From NCBI GenBank assembly GCA_036559685.1, contig DATBSV010000348.1, positions 1 through 46,922 on the forward strand: a stretch of 46,922 nucleotides of DNA, in the 5' to 3' direction. How positions within the stretch are numbered: position 1 is the stretch's first letter; each line of letters starts with the position of its first letter. This document shows, one piece after another, positions 25,619 through 35,548 of this stretch. The position numbers and the translations under genes are program-made. This DNA is from Casimicrobiaceae bacterium (GTDB lineage: Bacteria > Pseudomonadota > Gammaproteobacteria > Burkholderiales > Casimicrobiaceae). Under the pieces are notes generated by a model, which saw only the letters and a list, made by a program, of their open reading frames with translations, did no database searches and had not been told where the DNA came from.

Positions 25619-27280
25619 ATGGACATCCCGCGCGCGATCGAACCTGATGGGACCGGGGTCTACGGCCTCGCGCTCCTGCAGAACCCGACGCTCAACAAGG
25701 GCACCGCGTTCAGCGAGGTCGAGCGCGATGCACTGCGCCTGCGCGGGCTCCTTCCGCCGCGCGTCTTCACGCAGGAGGAGCAGCTCACCCGCGTGCTCGA
25801 GAATTTCCGGCGCAAGCCGACGCCGCTCGAGAAGTACATCGACCTCGCGAACCTGCACGACCGCAACGAGGCGCTGTACTTCCGGCTCCTGATCGACTAC
25901 CCCGACGAGATGCTGCCGATCGTGTATACGCCGACGGTCGGGCTCGCCTGCCAGCAATACGGGCACATCTTCCAGCGGCCGCGCGGCATCTTCATCAGCG
26001 CGCGCGACCGCGGGCGCGTGCGGGACGTACTGGCGAACTGGCCGCGGCGCGACGTCGCGATCATCGTCGTGACCGACGGCGAGCGCATCCTCGGCCTCGG
26101 GGATCTCGGCGCCCACGGCATGGGCATCCCGGTGGGCAAGCTCGCGTTGTATGCCGCGTGCGCGGGCGTCCACCCGAATCTGTGCCTGCCCGTCCTGCTC
26201 GACGTCGGCACGAACAACCCCGAGCTGCGCGGCGACCGGCTTTACCTCGGCCTGCAGCAGCCGCGGCTGACCGGCGACGCCTACGACGAGCTGGTGGACG
26301 AGTTCATCGTCGCGGTGCGCGTGCTCTTCCCGCAGGCGATCGTCCAGTTCGAGGACTTCGCGAACCACCACGCGTTCACGCTGCTCGAGCGCTACCGCGA
26401 TCGCATCCCGACGTTCAACGACGACATCCAGGGCACGGCTGCCGTCACGCTCGCCGGCATCCTGAGCGCGCTGCGCGTGACCGGCGGGCGCCTGACCGAG
26501 CAGACGATTCTGTTCCAGGGCGCCGGCGAGGCCGCGACGGGCATCGCGAACCTCACGGTCTCCGCGATGGTGGCGCAGGGGTTGGCGCCCGACGCCGCGC
26601 GACGCCGCTGCTGGCTGCTCGATTCACGCGGGCTCGTGACCGCCGGCCGCGCCGACCTCGCGCCCCAAAAGCGTCCGTTCGCGCACGACCACGCGGCGGT
26701 CGCGGACCTGCTCGGCGCGGTCCGCGCGATCCGCCCGACCGCGCTCATCGGCGTGGCGGCCGTCGGCGGCGCGTTCACCGACGAGGTGCTCGCGGAGATG
26801 GGCGGGATCAACGAGCGTCCGATCGTCTTCGCGCTTTCGAACCCGACCTCCAAGTCCGAATGCACCGCGTCGGCCGCCTACGTCGCGACCCAGGGCCGCG
26901 CGCTGTTCGCGTGCGGCAGCCCGTTCGATCCCGTGGTCCTCGACGGCAAACGGTTCGTTCCGCGCCAGGGCAACAATTCGTACATCTTCCCAGGCGTCGG
27001 GCTCGGCGCGATCGCCGCGCGCGCCTCGCGGATCACCGACGACATGTTCATGGCCGCGGCTTATACGCTCGCGCGACTGGTCGACGACGACGACCTCGCG
27101 CAAGGCAGCCTGTATCCGGCGCTGTCGCGGGCGCGCGAGGTCGCGGCCGCGATCGCCACGGCGGTCGCGGACATCGCGTTCGGCCGGCAGCTCGCCGGCG
27201 TCCCGCGCCCCACCGACCTGCCCGCGTACGTGCGCTCGCAGATGTACGAGCCGCGGTACGCCAGCTACGTGAGGAAGTGA
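25619..27280 (+). CDS. maeA: NAD-dependent malic enzyme
   Basis: NKGTAFS, YTPTVG, VTDGERILGLGDLG, QFEDF, FNDDIQGT, GAGEA, LSNPT and QGNN.YIFPG. Confidence 0.95.
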   Translation: MDIPRAIEPDGTGVYGLALLQNPTLNKGTAFSEVERDALRLRGLLPPRVFTQEEQLTRVLENFRRKPTPLEKYIDLANLHDRNEALYFRLLIDYPDEMLPIVYTPTVGLACQQYGHIFQRPRGIFISARDRGRVRDVLANWPRRDVAIIVVTDGERILGLGDLGAHGMGIPVGKLALYAACAGVHPNLCLPVLLDVGTNNPELRGDRLYLGLQQPRLTGDAYDELVDEFIVAVRVLFPQAIVQFEDFANHHAFTLLERYRDRIPTFNDDIQGTAAVTLAGILSALRVTGGRLTEQTILFQGAGEAATGIANLTVSAMVAQGLAPDAARRRCWLLDSRGLVTAGRADLAPQKRPFAHDHAAVADLLGAVRAIRPTALIGVAAVGGAFTDEVLAEMGGINERPIVFALSNPTSKSECTASAAYVATQGRALFACGSPFDPVVLDGKRFVPRQGNNSYIFPGVGLGAIAARASRITDDMFMAAAYTLARLVDDDDLAQGSLYPALSRAREVAAAIATAVADIAFGRQLAGVPRPTDLPAYVRSQMYEPRYASYVRK

Positions 27281-27283
27281 GCC

Positions 27284-27760
27284 ATGCGCGAAACCCACCT
27301 GACGACGCTGCGCCACCATCCGTTCGTCGTCGAGTTCGAGCCGCGGCACGTCGAGCGCCTCGCTGGGCTCGCGCGAGACGCGCGCTTCGACCGCGGCCAC
27401 GTCATCTTCCGCGAGGGCGACGAGTGCTCGGAGTTCTACCTGATCGTCAGCGGACTCGTGGCGCTCGAGATCGTCGCGCCCGGACACCTGTTCCGCGTGC
27501 AGACGCTGTTCGCCGGCGACGAGCTCGGATGGTCGGCGCTGCTCGGATCGAGCGGAAAGCAGTTCCAGGCGCGCGCGCTCGAGAGGACCGACGCGCTGGC
27601 GTTCGAGTCCGCGGACCTGCTGGCGGCGTGCCGCGACGATCCGACGTTCGGCTTCGCGCTAATGCACCGGCTGCTCGGCGTCGTCGCCGAGCGCCTGCAG
27701 GCGACGCGCGTGCAGCTTCTCGACAGCTACTCGCCGGTCGCAGCCCGCGCCGGGGCCTGA
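27284..27760 (+). CDS. Stand-alone cyclic-nucleotide-binding (Crp N-terminal) domain protein
   Basis: IFREGD...FYLIVSG.V...GDELGWSAL; no HTH. Confidence 0.85.
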   Translation: MRETHLTTLRHHPFVVEFEPRHVERLAGLARDARFDRGHVIFREGDECSEFYLIVSGLVALEIVAPGHLFRVQTLFAGDELGWSALLGSSGKQFQARALERTDALAFESADLLAACRDDPTFGFALMHRLLGVVAERLQATRVQLLDSYSPVAARAGA

Positions 27761-27770
27761 CCGCTCCGTT

Positions 27771-28214
27771 TCAGCGGCAGACGAGCACCGGGATCGTCGA
27801 GCGGCTCAGCACCTTCTGGGCCACGCTGCCCAGGATCACGGACGCGACCCCGCCGCGTCCGTGTGACCCGATGCACACCAGGTCGCAGCGCCGCTCGCGC
27901 GCGGCGTCGATGATCCCCAGGTAGGGGTCGCCGGGGCTCGTCATCATCGATTCGCACGGGACGCCGGCCGACGTCGCGGCCTTGCGGATCTCGTCGAGGT
28001 AGCGATCGCCGGTTTCGCGCAGGCCGCGCTCGATCTCGCCGGCGTTGGCCTGGCGCACGCTCGCGCCGCCCCTCACGTAGATGTGCTCGATCGCCTCGAG
28101 TGCGTGGTAGCCGACCACGGTCGCCTTCAGCGCCTTGGCGAGCGCGACGCCGGTGTCGACGGCCTTGCGCGCGACCGCCGAGCCGTCGGTGGGGATCAGG
28201 ATGCGTCGGTACAC
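27771..28214 (-). CDS. Universal stress protein
   Basis: YRRILIPTDGS and DLVCIGSHGRGG...LGSVAQKVL...PVLV. Confidence 0.93.
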   Translation of the reverse strand: MYRRILIPTDGSAVARKAVDTGVALAKALKATVVGYHALEAIEHIYVRGGASVRQANAGEIERGLRETGDRYLDEIRKAATSAGVPCESMMTSPGDPYLGIIDAARERRCDLVCIGSHGRGGVASVILGSVAQKVLSRSTIPVLVCR

Positions 28215-28233
28215 GGGAAGCCTCCGCGGATCG

Positions 28234-29619
28234 TCAGAATTGGGCGATGAACCAGCCGGGAAGGATCATCAGCGCGAGCGCCCCCGCGAGCGACAGCAGG
28301 CTCGCGCTGCGCATCAGGCGGCGCGGCGCGCCACGCCCGTCGTCGTGCTCGCCCTCGCTCATGAACATGAGTTGGATGACCCGCAGGTAGAAGTAGATGC
28401 CGAGATAGCTGCCGACCAGGCCGAGCACCGCGTAGAGCGTGTAGCCGGCGGACATCACGTTCTTGAAGATGAGGAACTTCGCGACGAATCCGGGCAGCGG
28501 CGGAATGCCCGCGAGCGAGAGCATGGCGACGGCGATCATCAGGCTGGCGAACGGCGCGCGCGAGAACAGGCCCCGCAAGCTGTCGAGCCGGTCGGCGTCC
28601 GCGTCGCGCTCGCGACGGGGCAGCGCGGCGAATGCGAGCACGTTCATGAGGCCGTAGGCCAGGACATAGAAGAGCACGGCCTGCATGCGAGTGGCGCCAT
28701 CACCGAGCAGCGCGTAGAACAGGTAGCCTGCATGCGCGATCGACGAGTACGCGATCATGCGGCGGAAGCTCTGCTGCCGCATCGCGGCGAGGTTGCCCCA
28801 CACGATCGACGCGAGCGGCAGGACCGCGACGAAATCGGCGACGGGCCCCGCGAGCGGCGCCTGCCCGAACAGCCGGACCGCGGCGAGCAGGACGCCTCCC
28901 TTCACGATCGCCGCCATGTACGCGGTCACCGGCACGCTCGCGCCCTCGTAAGCGTCGGGCGCCCACGCGTGGAACGGCACGATCGCCGCCTTGAGGAAGA
29001 ACGCGGCGATCACGAGCATCGCGCCGGCGATCGCCATCGCATCGGTCGATCCGAGCGCCGCCGCGAACGCGGCCGTCGACAGCGAGCCGACGGCGCCGAA
29101 GATCAGCGCCGCCCCCATCAGCAACGCGGCGGACGCCGCGCCGCCGAGCACGAGGTACTTGAGCGCGGCCTCGGCGCTCCGCGCGCCGCGGTAGTCGAGC
29201 ACGACGAGCGCGTACACGGGCAGCGACATGAGCTCGAGCCCGACGAACAGGGTGAGGAAGCTGTCCGCCGAAAGCATGAGGCCGATGCCGTACAGCGACG
29301 ACAGCAGCAGCACCGGGAAGCGCCCGTCGGCGAAATCGTCGCGCGACAGCATGAGCACCGGTATCGCCAGCGCGAAGATCACCGCCTTGGCGGTGAGGTC
29401 CTGGGGCGCGACGGAAAGCTGCGCCGGGAACGGGCTGCCCTGGTACCACACGAGCGCCAGGAAAGCGGCGGCGACGGCGGCGAGCACCAGGAACGCCAGT
29501 GCCGGGACGAAGCCGTCCCGCGTCTTGCCGGGCAGGAGGTCGCGGGCGATCACCAGAACGATGCCGGCGAGCAACAGGTGCTCCGGCAGCATCGCGACGA
29601 CGAGGTCGCGGATGTTCAT
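28234..29619 (-). CDS. nuoN: NADH-quinone oxidoreductase subunit N
   Basis: LELMSL, EAALKY, K.AIVPFHAWAPDAYEGA, AYSSIAHAGY and SLAGIPP..GF..K. Confidence 0.93.
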   Translation of the reverse strand: MNIRDLVVAMLPEHLLLAGIVLVIARDLLPGKTRDGFVPALAFLVLAAVAAAFLALVWYQGSPFPAQLSVAPQDLTAKAVIFALAIPVLMLSRDDFADGRFPVLLLSSLYGIGLMLSADSFLTLFVGLELMSLPVYALVVLDYRGARSAEAALKYLVLGGAASAALLMGAALIFGAVGSLSTAAFAAALGSTDAMAIAGAMLVIAAFFLKAAIVPFHAWAPDAYEGASVPVTAYMAAIVKGGVLLAAVRLFGQAPLAGPVADFVAVLPLASIVWGNLAAMRQQSFRRMIAYSSIAHAGYLFYALLGDGATRMQAVLFYVLAYGLMNVLAFAALPRRERDADADRLDSLRGLFSRAPFASLMIAVAMLSLAGIPPLPGFVAKFLIFKNVMSAGYTLYAVLGLVGSYLGIYFYLRVIQLMFMSEGEHDDGRGAPRRLMRSASLLSLAGALALMILPGWFIAQF

Positions 29620-31169
29620 CGGGGGTCCTCGCGGGCGACCTTCGCGGCGTCGGGGATGCGCAAGGTCGTGACGAGCTGCTGGTAGGCCTTCGCCGCGAGC
29701 TCGGTCTTGCGGAGCGGCTCGGCGGGGAAGAGCCCGAGCCAGAAGATCGGGACGACGATCGCGACGAGGATCGCCGATTCGCGGAAGCCGAGGTCGGCCT
29801 GGGTGCCGTGCGGGACCTTAACGGCGCCGAACAGGAAGCGGCCGGCGAACCTGAGCATGTAGAGCGCCCCGAGCACGACGCCGCCGACCGCCGCCACCGC
29901 GAGCGCGAGCCTCAGCGTGTCGCCTTGCGCGGCCGCCTGCCACGACGGGCCGAACGCGCCGAGCAGGACGAGGAACTCGCCGGTGAACCCGCTGGTCGTC
30001 GGCAGGCCGATCGACGCGAGCGTCAGGATCATGAAGAACACCGAGTAGAGCGGCAGCACCTTCGCGAGGCCGCCGTAGGCCCCGAGCTCGCGCGTGTGGC
30101 AACGCTCGTAGATCATCCCGACCATCAGGAACAGCCCGGCCGCGGTCAGCCCGTGACTTACCATTTGCACGATCGCGCCCTGGATGCCGATCAGGTCGAG
30201 GCTGATGAGCCCGAGCATCACGTAGCCGAGGTGGCTGATCGACGAGTACGCGATGATCTTCTTGATGTCGGTCTGCACGAGCGCGAGGCACGCCCCGTAG
30301 ACGATGCTCAGCACCGCGAGCGCCATGATGATCGGCGCGGCGAGCCGCGTGGCGTCCGGGAACAGCGGGAAGCCGAGCTTCAGGAAGCCGTACGTCCCCA
30401 TCTTGAGCAGCACCCCGGCGAGGATCACCGAGCCTGCCGTCGGCGCCTCGACGTGCGCGTCGGGGAGCCAGGTGTGCAGCGGAACGACCGGGACCTTGAT
30501 CGCGAACGAGAGCGCGAATGCGGCGAGGAGCACCGTCTGGACCGGAAGGGTCAGCTCGGCCTTGTACAGGTCGGCGAACGCGAAGCTCGTCACGCCGGTC
30601 GAACCGGACAGGACGACGACGAGGTAGATCACCGCGGCGAGCATCAGGATGCTGCCGAACGCCGTGTAGAGCACGAACTTGAGCGTCGCGTAGACGCGGC
30701 GCTCGCCGCCCCAGATCCCGATGATCAGGAACATCGGGATCATCATCGCTTCCCAGAACAGGTAGAACAGGAACAGGTCCTGCGCGACGAGCGTGCCGAC
30801 CATCGTGAACTGGATCAGGAACACCATGGCGTAGAAGAGCTTCACGTCCTTGGTGATCGCCGTGAACGCGCCGGCGACGACCAGCGGGCCCAGGAACGCC
30901 GTCAGCAGCACGAGCAGGACGTTCATGCCGTCGAGGCCGATGTGGTAGTACACGCCCCAGTCGACGATCCACGGCAGGCGCGTGACGAACTGCAAGCCGG
31001 GGTCGTTCGCGTCGAAGCGCTGGTAGAGCATCGCGGCGAGCGCGAATTGCACGAGCATCACGGCCAGCGACAGCGCGCGCATGCGGCCCTCGTCGCGCAT
31101 CGGGAACAGCAATGCCGCCCCGATCACGGGCAGGAAGAGGACCAGGTTGAGGAACCCGGCGTCAGACAT
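29616..31169 (-). CDS. nuoM: NADH-quinone oxidoreductase subunit M
   Basis: From ATG 31169. FWEAMMIP, IKVPVVPLHTWLPDAHVEAPT, LLKMGTYG and GFTGE. Confidence 0.94.
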   Translation of the reverse strand: MSDAGFLNLVLFLPVIGAALLFPMRDEGRMRALSLAVMLVQFALAAMLYQRFDANDPGLQFVTRLPWIVDWGVYYHIGLDGMNVLLVLLTAFLGPLVVAGAFTAITKDVKLFYAMVFLIQFTMVGTLVAQDLFLFYLFWEAMMIPMFLIIGIWGGERRVYATLKFVLYTAFGSILMLAAVIYLVVVLSGSTGVTSFAFADLYKAELTLPVQTVLLAAFALSFAIKVPVVPLHTWLPDAHVEAPTAGSVILAGVLLKMGTYGFLKLGFPLFPDATRLAAPIIMALAVLSIVYGACLALVQTDIKKIIAYSSISHLGYVMLGLISLDLIGIQGAIVQMVSHGLTAAGLFLMVGMIYERCHTRELGAYGGLAKVLPLYSVFFMILTLASIGLPTTSGFTGEFLVLLGAFGPSWQAAAQGDTLRLALAVAAVGGVVLGALYMLRFAGRFLFGAVKVPHGTQADLGFRESAILVAIVVPIFWLGLFPAEPLRKTELAAKAYQQLVTTLRIPDAAKVAREDPR

Positions 31170-33039
31170 GGAGCACGGCCCAGGCGAGCGCGGCGACGAG
31201 GCCGGCCAGCGCCAGGAACAGGTAGAACTGCAGGTTGCCGGTCTGGACGCGCACGAGCGCGCCCGCCGTGCGGCGCGCGAATCCGGCGAGACCATGGAGC
31301 GTGCCGTCCAGGAGCACGCGGTCGCCGAGGCCCAGGAACACGCGCTCGGAGATCCAGGCGAGCGGTCGCATGAGCATCCGGTCGTACAGCTCGTCGATGT
31401 AGTACTTGCCGGCGAGCACGCGATGCACGCCGGCGAACCGGCGTTCCGCGCCTTCCGCGCGCCGGCCGTCGCCGCCGAAGAAATACGCGACCGCCGCGAG
31501 CCCCGCGAATCCGAGGACCACCGATATCGCGATCACCGCGGGCTCCAGATGGGCGACGGCGGCGCGGAGGGCCGGCAGCGGGAGGAGCGGCTCGAGGTAG
31601 TGCGGAACGGCGACGAAGCCGCCGACGGCCGAGCCGAGCGCGAGGAGCGCGAGCACGACGGTCATCGACGGCGGCGATTCGTGCACGTGGTGCGCGGTCT
31701 CCGCGTCCATTCGCGGCGCGCCGAGGAACGCGAGCCACAGAAGCCTGAACATGTAGAACGCGGTGAGGAGCGCGGTGAGGCTCGCTACTGCAAACAGCCA
31801 GGCCGAGCCACCGCGCTCGCTCGCGAGCGCGAACCACAGGATCTCGTCCTTCGAGAAGAAGCCCGCGAGTGGCGGGATGCCGGCGATCGCAGCGGTCGCG
31901 ATCGCGAAAGTCGCGAACGTGATCGGGATGCGGCGGACGAGGCCGCCCATCTTCCTTAAGTCCTGCTCGCCGCCGAGCGCGTGGATGACGCTGCCGGCGC
32001 CGAGGAACAGGCAGGCCTTGAAGAACGCGTGCGTATAAAGATGAAACACGGCGACGCCGTAGGCGCCGACGCCGATCGCGACGAACATGAGCCCGAGCTG
32101 CGAGATCGTCGAGTACGCGAGCACCTTCTTGATGTCCGTCTGCACGAGCGCGATCGTCGCCGCGAAGAATGCCGTCGCGACGCCGACGACCGCGATCACG
32201 AACGACGCCTCGGGCGCGACCAGGTAGATCGCCGACAGCCGCGCGGTCATGTAGACGCCGGCGGTCACCATCGTGGCGGCATGGATCAGCGCGGACACGG
32301 GCGTCGGGCCAGCCATCGCGTCCGGGAGCCAGACGTGCAGCGGAATCTGCGCGGACTTGCCGGTCGCGCCGATGAACAGAAGGACGCCGACCAAGCTCGC
32401 GGAGACCGCCGGTGGCGTCGCGCTCGCGAAGGCGGCGTTGATCGTCCCCATGTCGAGCGTGCCCAGCGCTTGGTAGAGCACGAACATGCCGAGCAGGAAG
32501 CCGGCGTCGCCCACGCGGTTGGTGATGAACGCCTTGATGCCGGCCCGCGCCTTGGCCGCGTCCTCGAACCAGAAACCGATCAGCAGGTACGAGGCGAGCC
32601 CGACGCCTTCCCAGCCCACGAACATCACGAGCAGTGACTTGCCGAGCACCAGCGTCAGCATGAAGAACAGGAAGACGTTGAGGTACGCGAAGTAGCGTGC
32701 GTAGCCGCGGTCGTCCCTCATGTAGCCGATCGAGTAGACGTGGATCAGCGAGCCCACGCCGGTGACGATGAGCGTCATCACTGCGGACAGGCGGTCGAAC
32801 ACGAACGCGACGTCGAACCCGTTTCCATCGAACGCGGCCCAGACATAGGCGTGGTCGACGATCGGCGCGCCGGTCGTACCGAGGTCGACGAAGCATTTCA
32901 CTGCCAACGCGAACGCCGCGACCGGCAGTCCGCAACCGACCGCCGACACGAACCGCGCGCCGAGGCGATGGCCGACGAGGCCGTTGATCAGGAAGCCCGC
33001 CAGCGGCAGCAGGACGATCGCGAGCAGCGGATGCGTCAC
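31162..33039 (-). CDS. nuoL: NADH-quinone oxidoreductase subunit L
   Basis: From GTG 33039. GWEGVG, NRVGD, GKSAQIPLHVWLPDAMAGPTPVSALIHAATMV and HAFFKA. Confidence 0.94.
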   Translation of the reverse strand: MTHPLLAIVLLPLAGFLINGLVGHRLGARFVSAVGCGLPVAAFALAVKCFVDLGTTGAPIVDHAYVWAAFDGNGFDVAFVFDRLSAVMTLIVTGVGSLIHVYSIGYMRDDRGYARYFAYLNVFLFFMLTLVLGKSLLVMFVGWEGVGLASYLLIGFWFEDAAKARAGIKAFITNRVGDAGFLLGMFVLYQALGTLDMGTINAAFASATPPAVSASLVGVLLFIGATGKSAQIPLHVWLPDAMAGPTPVSALIHAATMVTAGVYMTARLSAIYLVAPEASFVIAVVGVATAFFAATIALVQTDIKKVLAYSTISQLGLMFVAIGVGAYGVAVFHLYTHAFFKACLFLGAGSVIHALGGEQDLRKMGGLVRRIPITFATFAIATAAIAGIPPLAGFFSKDEILWFALASERGGSAWLFAVASLTALLTAFYMFRLLWLAFLGAPRMDAETAHHVHESPPSMTVVLALLALGSAVGGFVAVPHYLEPLLPLPALRAAVAHLEPAVIAISVVLGFAGLAAVAYFFGGDGRRAEGAERRFAGVHRVLAGKYYIDELYDRMLMRPLAWISERVFLGLGDRVLLDGTLHGLAGFARRTAGALVRVQTGNLQFYLFLALAGLVAALAWAVLHV

Positions 33040-33044
33040 GGCGG

Positions 33045-33347
33045 CTAGCCCTTGAGGTCCGCGTACGCCTCGACGTCGAGCGTCCGGCGCGCCCGCGCGA
33101 GCAGCAGCAGGATCGGGATCGCGATCGCGATCTCGGCGGCGCCGACCACGAAGACGAGGAACACGAGCACGGCGCCCTCGGTCGCGCCGGTCCGCTGCGC
33201 GAAGCTCACGAGCGTCAGGTTGACGCCGTTCAGCATGAGCTCCATGCACATCAGCATGACGAGCGCGTTGCGGCGCACCACGATGCCGACGAAGCCCGCG
33301 GCGAACAGCGCGATACCGAGCGCGGCGAGCAGCTGGGTCTTATCCAC
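33045..33347 (-). CDS. nuoK: NADH-quinone oxidoreductase subunit K
   Basis: RRN...LM..ELMLN and AAE.AI. Confidence 0.92.
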   Translation of the reverse strand: MDKTQLLAALGIALFAAGFVGIVVRRNALVMLMCMELMLNGVNLTLVSFAQRTGATEGAVLVFLVFVVGAAEIAIAIPILLLLARARRTLDVEAYADLKG

Positions 33348-33843
33348 GGCGCCCGGTCCCGAGCTTCACCACGGAGACCGCTGCGACCACCGCGGCCACG
33401 AGCAGCACCGACACGAGCTCGAAGTAGAGCCAGTACTCGTTCAGGAACGCCTCGGAGAACGCCTGCACGCCGAATCGCGTGTCGCCCGGCGCCTCGGGTG
33501 CCAGGCCACCGCGCCACAAGGCGTCGCAGATCACGGCGGCGAGCGCCGCCGCCACGACGACACCCGGCATGAGCAACCAGGAATAGCGTCGCGCGAAGGC
33601 GCTGTCGCGAACGTCGATAAGCATGATCACGTAGACGACGAACACCATCACCGCCCCGACGTAGATCAGCACCTGGAACACCGCGATCACGTGCACGCCG
33701 AGCAGCGCGTAGATCCCCGCGAGCGCCAGCATGCATACGATGAGCGCGATCGCCACGCGCATCGGATGGCGGGCGATCAGCATCGCGACCGCCGCGACCG
33801 CCGCTGCGGCGGCGAAGACGCCGAGCAGCGCGTTCTCGATCAC
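33340..33843 (-). CDS. nuoJ: NADH-quinone oxidoreductase subunit J
   Basis: From GTG 33843. QVLIYVGAVMV and FELVSVLL. Confidence 0.9.
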   Translation of the reverse strand: MIENALLGVFAAAAAVAAVAMLIARHPMRVAIALIVCMLALAGIYALLGVHVIAVFQVLIYVGAVMVFVVYVIMLIDVRDSAFARRYSWLLMPGVVVAAALAAVICDALWRGGLAPEAPGDTRFGVQAFSEAFLNEYWLYFELVSVLLVAAVVAAVSVVKLGTGRRG

Positions 33844-34394
33844 TTGGTCGGCTCCTTCGGCGGATAGGGCTTGGCCGGATCGCGTTGCGGATTCCAGTTC
33901 AGGAGTTCGGGGAGCGACAGCCACATGCCGTCGCGATCGGCGCGCGGAAACGCCGGCACGTCGGGCATCATGCGGATCGCATCCTCGGGACAGGCCTCGA
34001 CGCACATGCCGCAGAACACGCAGCGCGAGTAGTCGATCTCGAAGCGCACCGGGTACTTCGGGTGCGCAACGTCGTCCGGGTCGAAACCCGCCTCGATCTC
34101 GATGACCTTGGCCGGGCACACCGTGGCGCAGAGGTTGCACGCGATGCATTGCGGGCGTCCGTCCGGGCGCTGCGTCAGCACGTGCTTGCCGCGGTTGCGC
34201 GGGGCGTAGTCCGCGCGCGTCTCCTCCGGGTAGTACGTCGTGAGCGCGCCCTTGCGGAACGTCATCCAGCGCCACAGGTTGCGCGTGAACACGCCGCCGG
34301 TGATCGACAGCCCGCGCAGCACCTCGGGCAGGTACGACCGCTCCCACCACGACATCGCCGGCGCGTTCCAATAGGTCTTGCGCGCGTCGGTCAT
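33840..34394 (-). CDS. nuoI: NADH-quinone oxidoreductase subunit I
   Basis: From ATG 34394. YPEE, CIACNLCATVCP and CVFCGMCVEACP. Confidence 0.93.
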   Translation of the reverse strand: MTDARKTYWNAPAMSWWERSYLPEVLRGLSITGGVFTRNLWRWMTFRKGALTTYYPEETRADYAPRNRGKHVLTQRPDGRPQCIACNLCATVCPAKVIEIEAGFDPDDVAHPKYPVRFEIDYSRCVFCGMCVEACPEDAIRMMPDVPAFPRADRDGMWLSLPELLNWNPQRDPAKPYPPKEPTK

Positions 34395-35548
34395 GACGCG
34401 AACCCCCGCAACGCCCACACGGCGACGACGGTCACGCACATGTTGGCGAGCGCGAGCGGGAACATCGTCTTCCACGCGAAGCGCAGCAGTTGGTCGTAGC
34501 GGAAGCGCGGAAACGTCCAGCGCACGAGGATCTGAAAGCTGCACAGCACGAAGACCTTGGCGAGGAACACCACGACCTGCGTGGCGAGCACGGCACCGTG
34601 GCTCATGGCGATCGTGTGGCCGCCGGGAAGCGCGAAGCCCGCGTCGTTCATGTAGGGCAGGTTGTAGCCGCCGAGGAACAGCGTCGCGAACAGCGCCGCG
34701 ATGATCGCGATCTCGATGAACTCGGCGAACATGAAGAGCCCCATCTTCATGGCGCTGTACTCGGTGAAGTAGCCGGCGATGAGCTCGGACTCGGCCTCGG
34801 GCAGGTCGAAGGGAATCCGTCGGTTCTCGGCGATCGCCGCGATCAGGAACAGCATGGCGCCGAAAGGCTGGTAGACGATTCCCCACGCAGGGAGCACGCC
34901 AAGCGCGATTCCCGACTGGGCCCGCACGATGGCGACCAGGTCGACCGTGCCGTACACGACGATCGCGCCGAGCACGGTCAGCCCGAGAATCAGCTCGTAC
35001 GAGATCATCTGCGAGCCGGCGCGGAGCGCGCCGAGCAGCGAGAACTTGTTCGCCGACGACCATCCGGCGAGCATCGCGCCGATGACCGTCAGACCGCCGA
35101 ACGCGAAGACCACGAGCAGTCCCGCGTCGAGCGAGGCGATCTGCAGTACGTAGGTGCGGTCGCCGAACCAGGCTGCGAGCGCGGGAATGCCTGCGAAGAG
35201 CTCGGCGGGTCGCAGCGATCCGCCGAACGGGATGACGGCGAAGACGAGCAGCACCGGCGCGAACGCGACCCAGGGCGCGATCGCGTAGGCGAGCCGATCG
35301 TGCGTCTCGGGCTTCCAGTCCTCCTTGAGCAGCATCTTCATGCCGTCGGCGAGGCCGTGGAACAGCCCCCACCAGACGAGCTTGACCTGCGTGAACGGGA
35401 TGCGGAGGTACGCGCGGTTGGCGCCGATCCGGTCCGACATGATCGCCGCCTGCTTGCGCTCGACCCAGGTGAGCACGAGACCGAGCGTCATCAGCACGCC
35501 GATCGCGTAGCTGATGAAGACGACCGACACGGCGAGGTTCTGCATCAT
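34391..35548 (-). CDS. nuoH: NADH-quinone oxidoreductase subunit H
   Basis: From ATG 35548. ERK, ADGMK...KE, QMISYE, R.PFDLPEAESEL..G..TEYS and PRFRYDQL. Confidence 0.94.
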   Translation of the reverse strand: MMQNLAVSVVFISYAIGVLMTLGLVLTWVERKQAAIMSDRIGANRAYLRIPFTQVKLVWWGLFHGLADGMKMLLKEDWKPETHDRLAYAIAPWVAFAPVLLVFAVIPFGGSLRPAELFAGIPALAAWFGDRTYVLQIASLDAGLLVVFAFGGLTVIGAMLAGWSSANKFSLLGALRAGSQMISYELILGLTVLGAIVVYGTVDLVAIVRAQSGIALGVLPAWGIVYQPFGAMLFLIAAIAENRRIPFDLPEAESELIAGYFTEYSAMKMGLFMFAEFIEIAIIAALFATLFLGGYNLPYMNDAGFALPGGHTIAMSHGAVLATQVVVFLAKVFVLCSFQILVRWTFPRFRYDQLLRFAWKTMFPLALANMCVTVVAVWALRGFAS

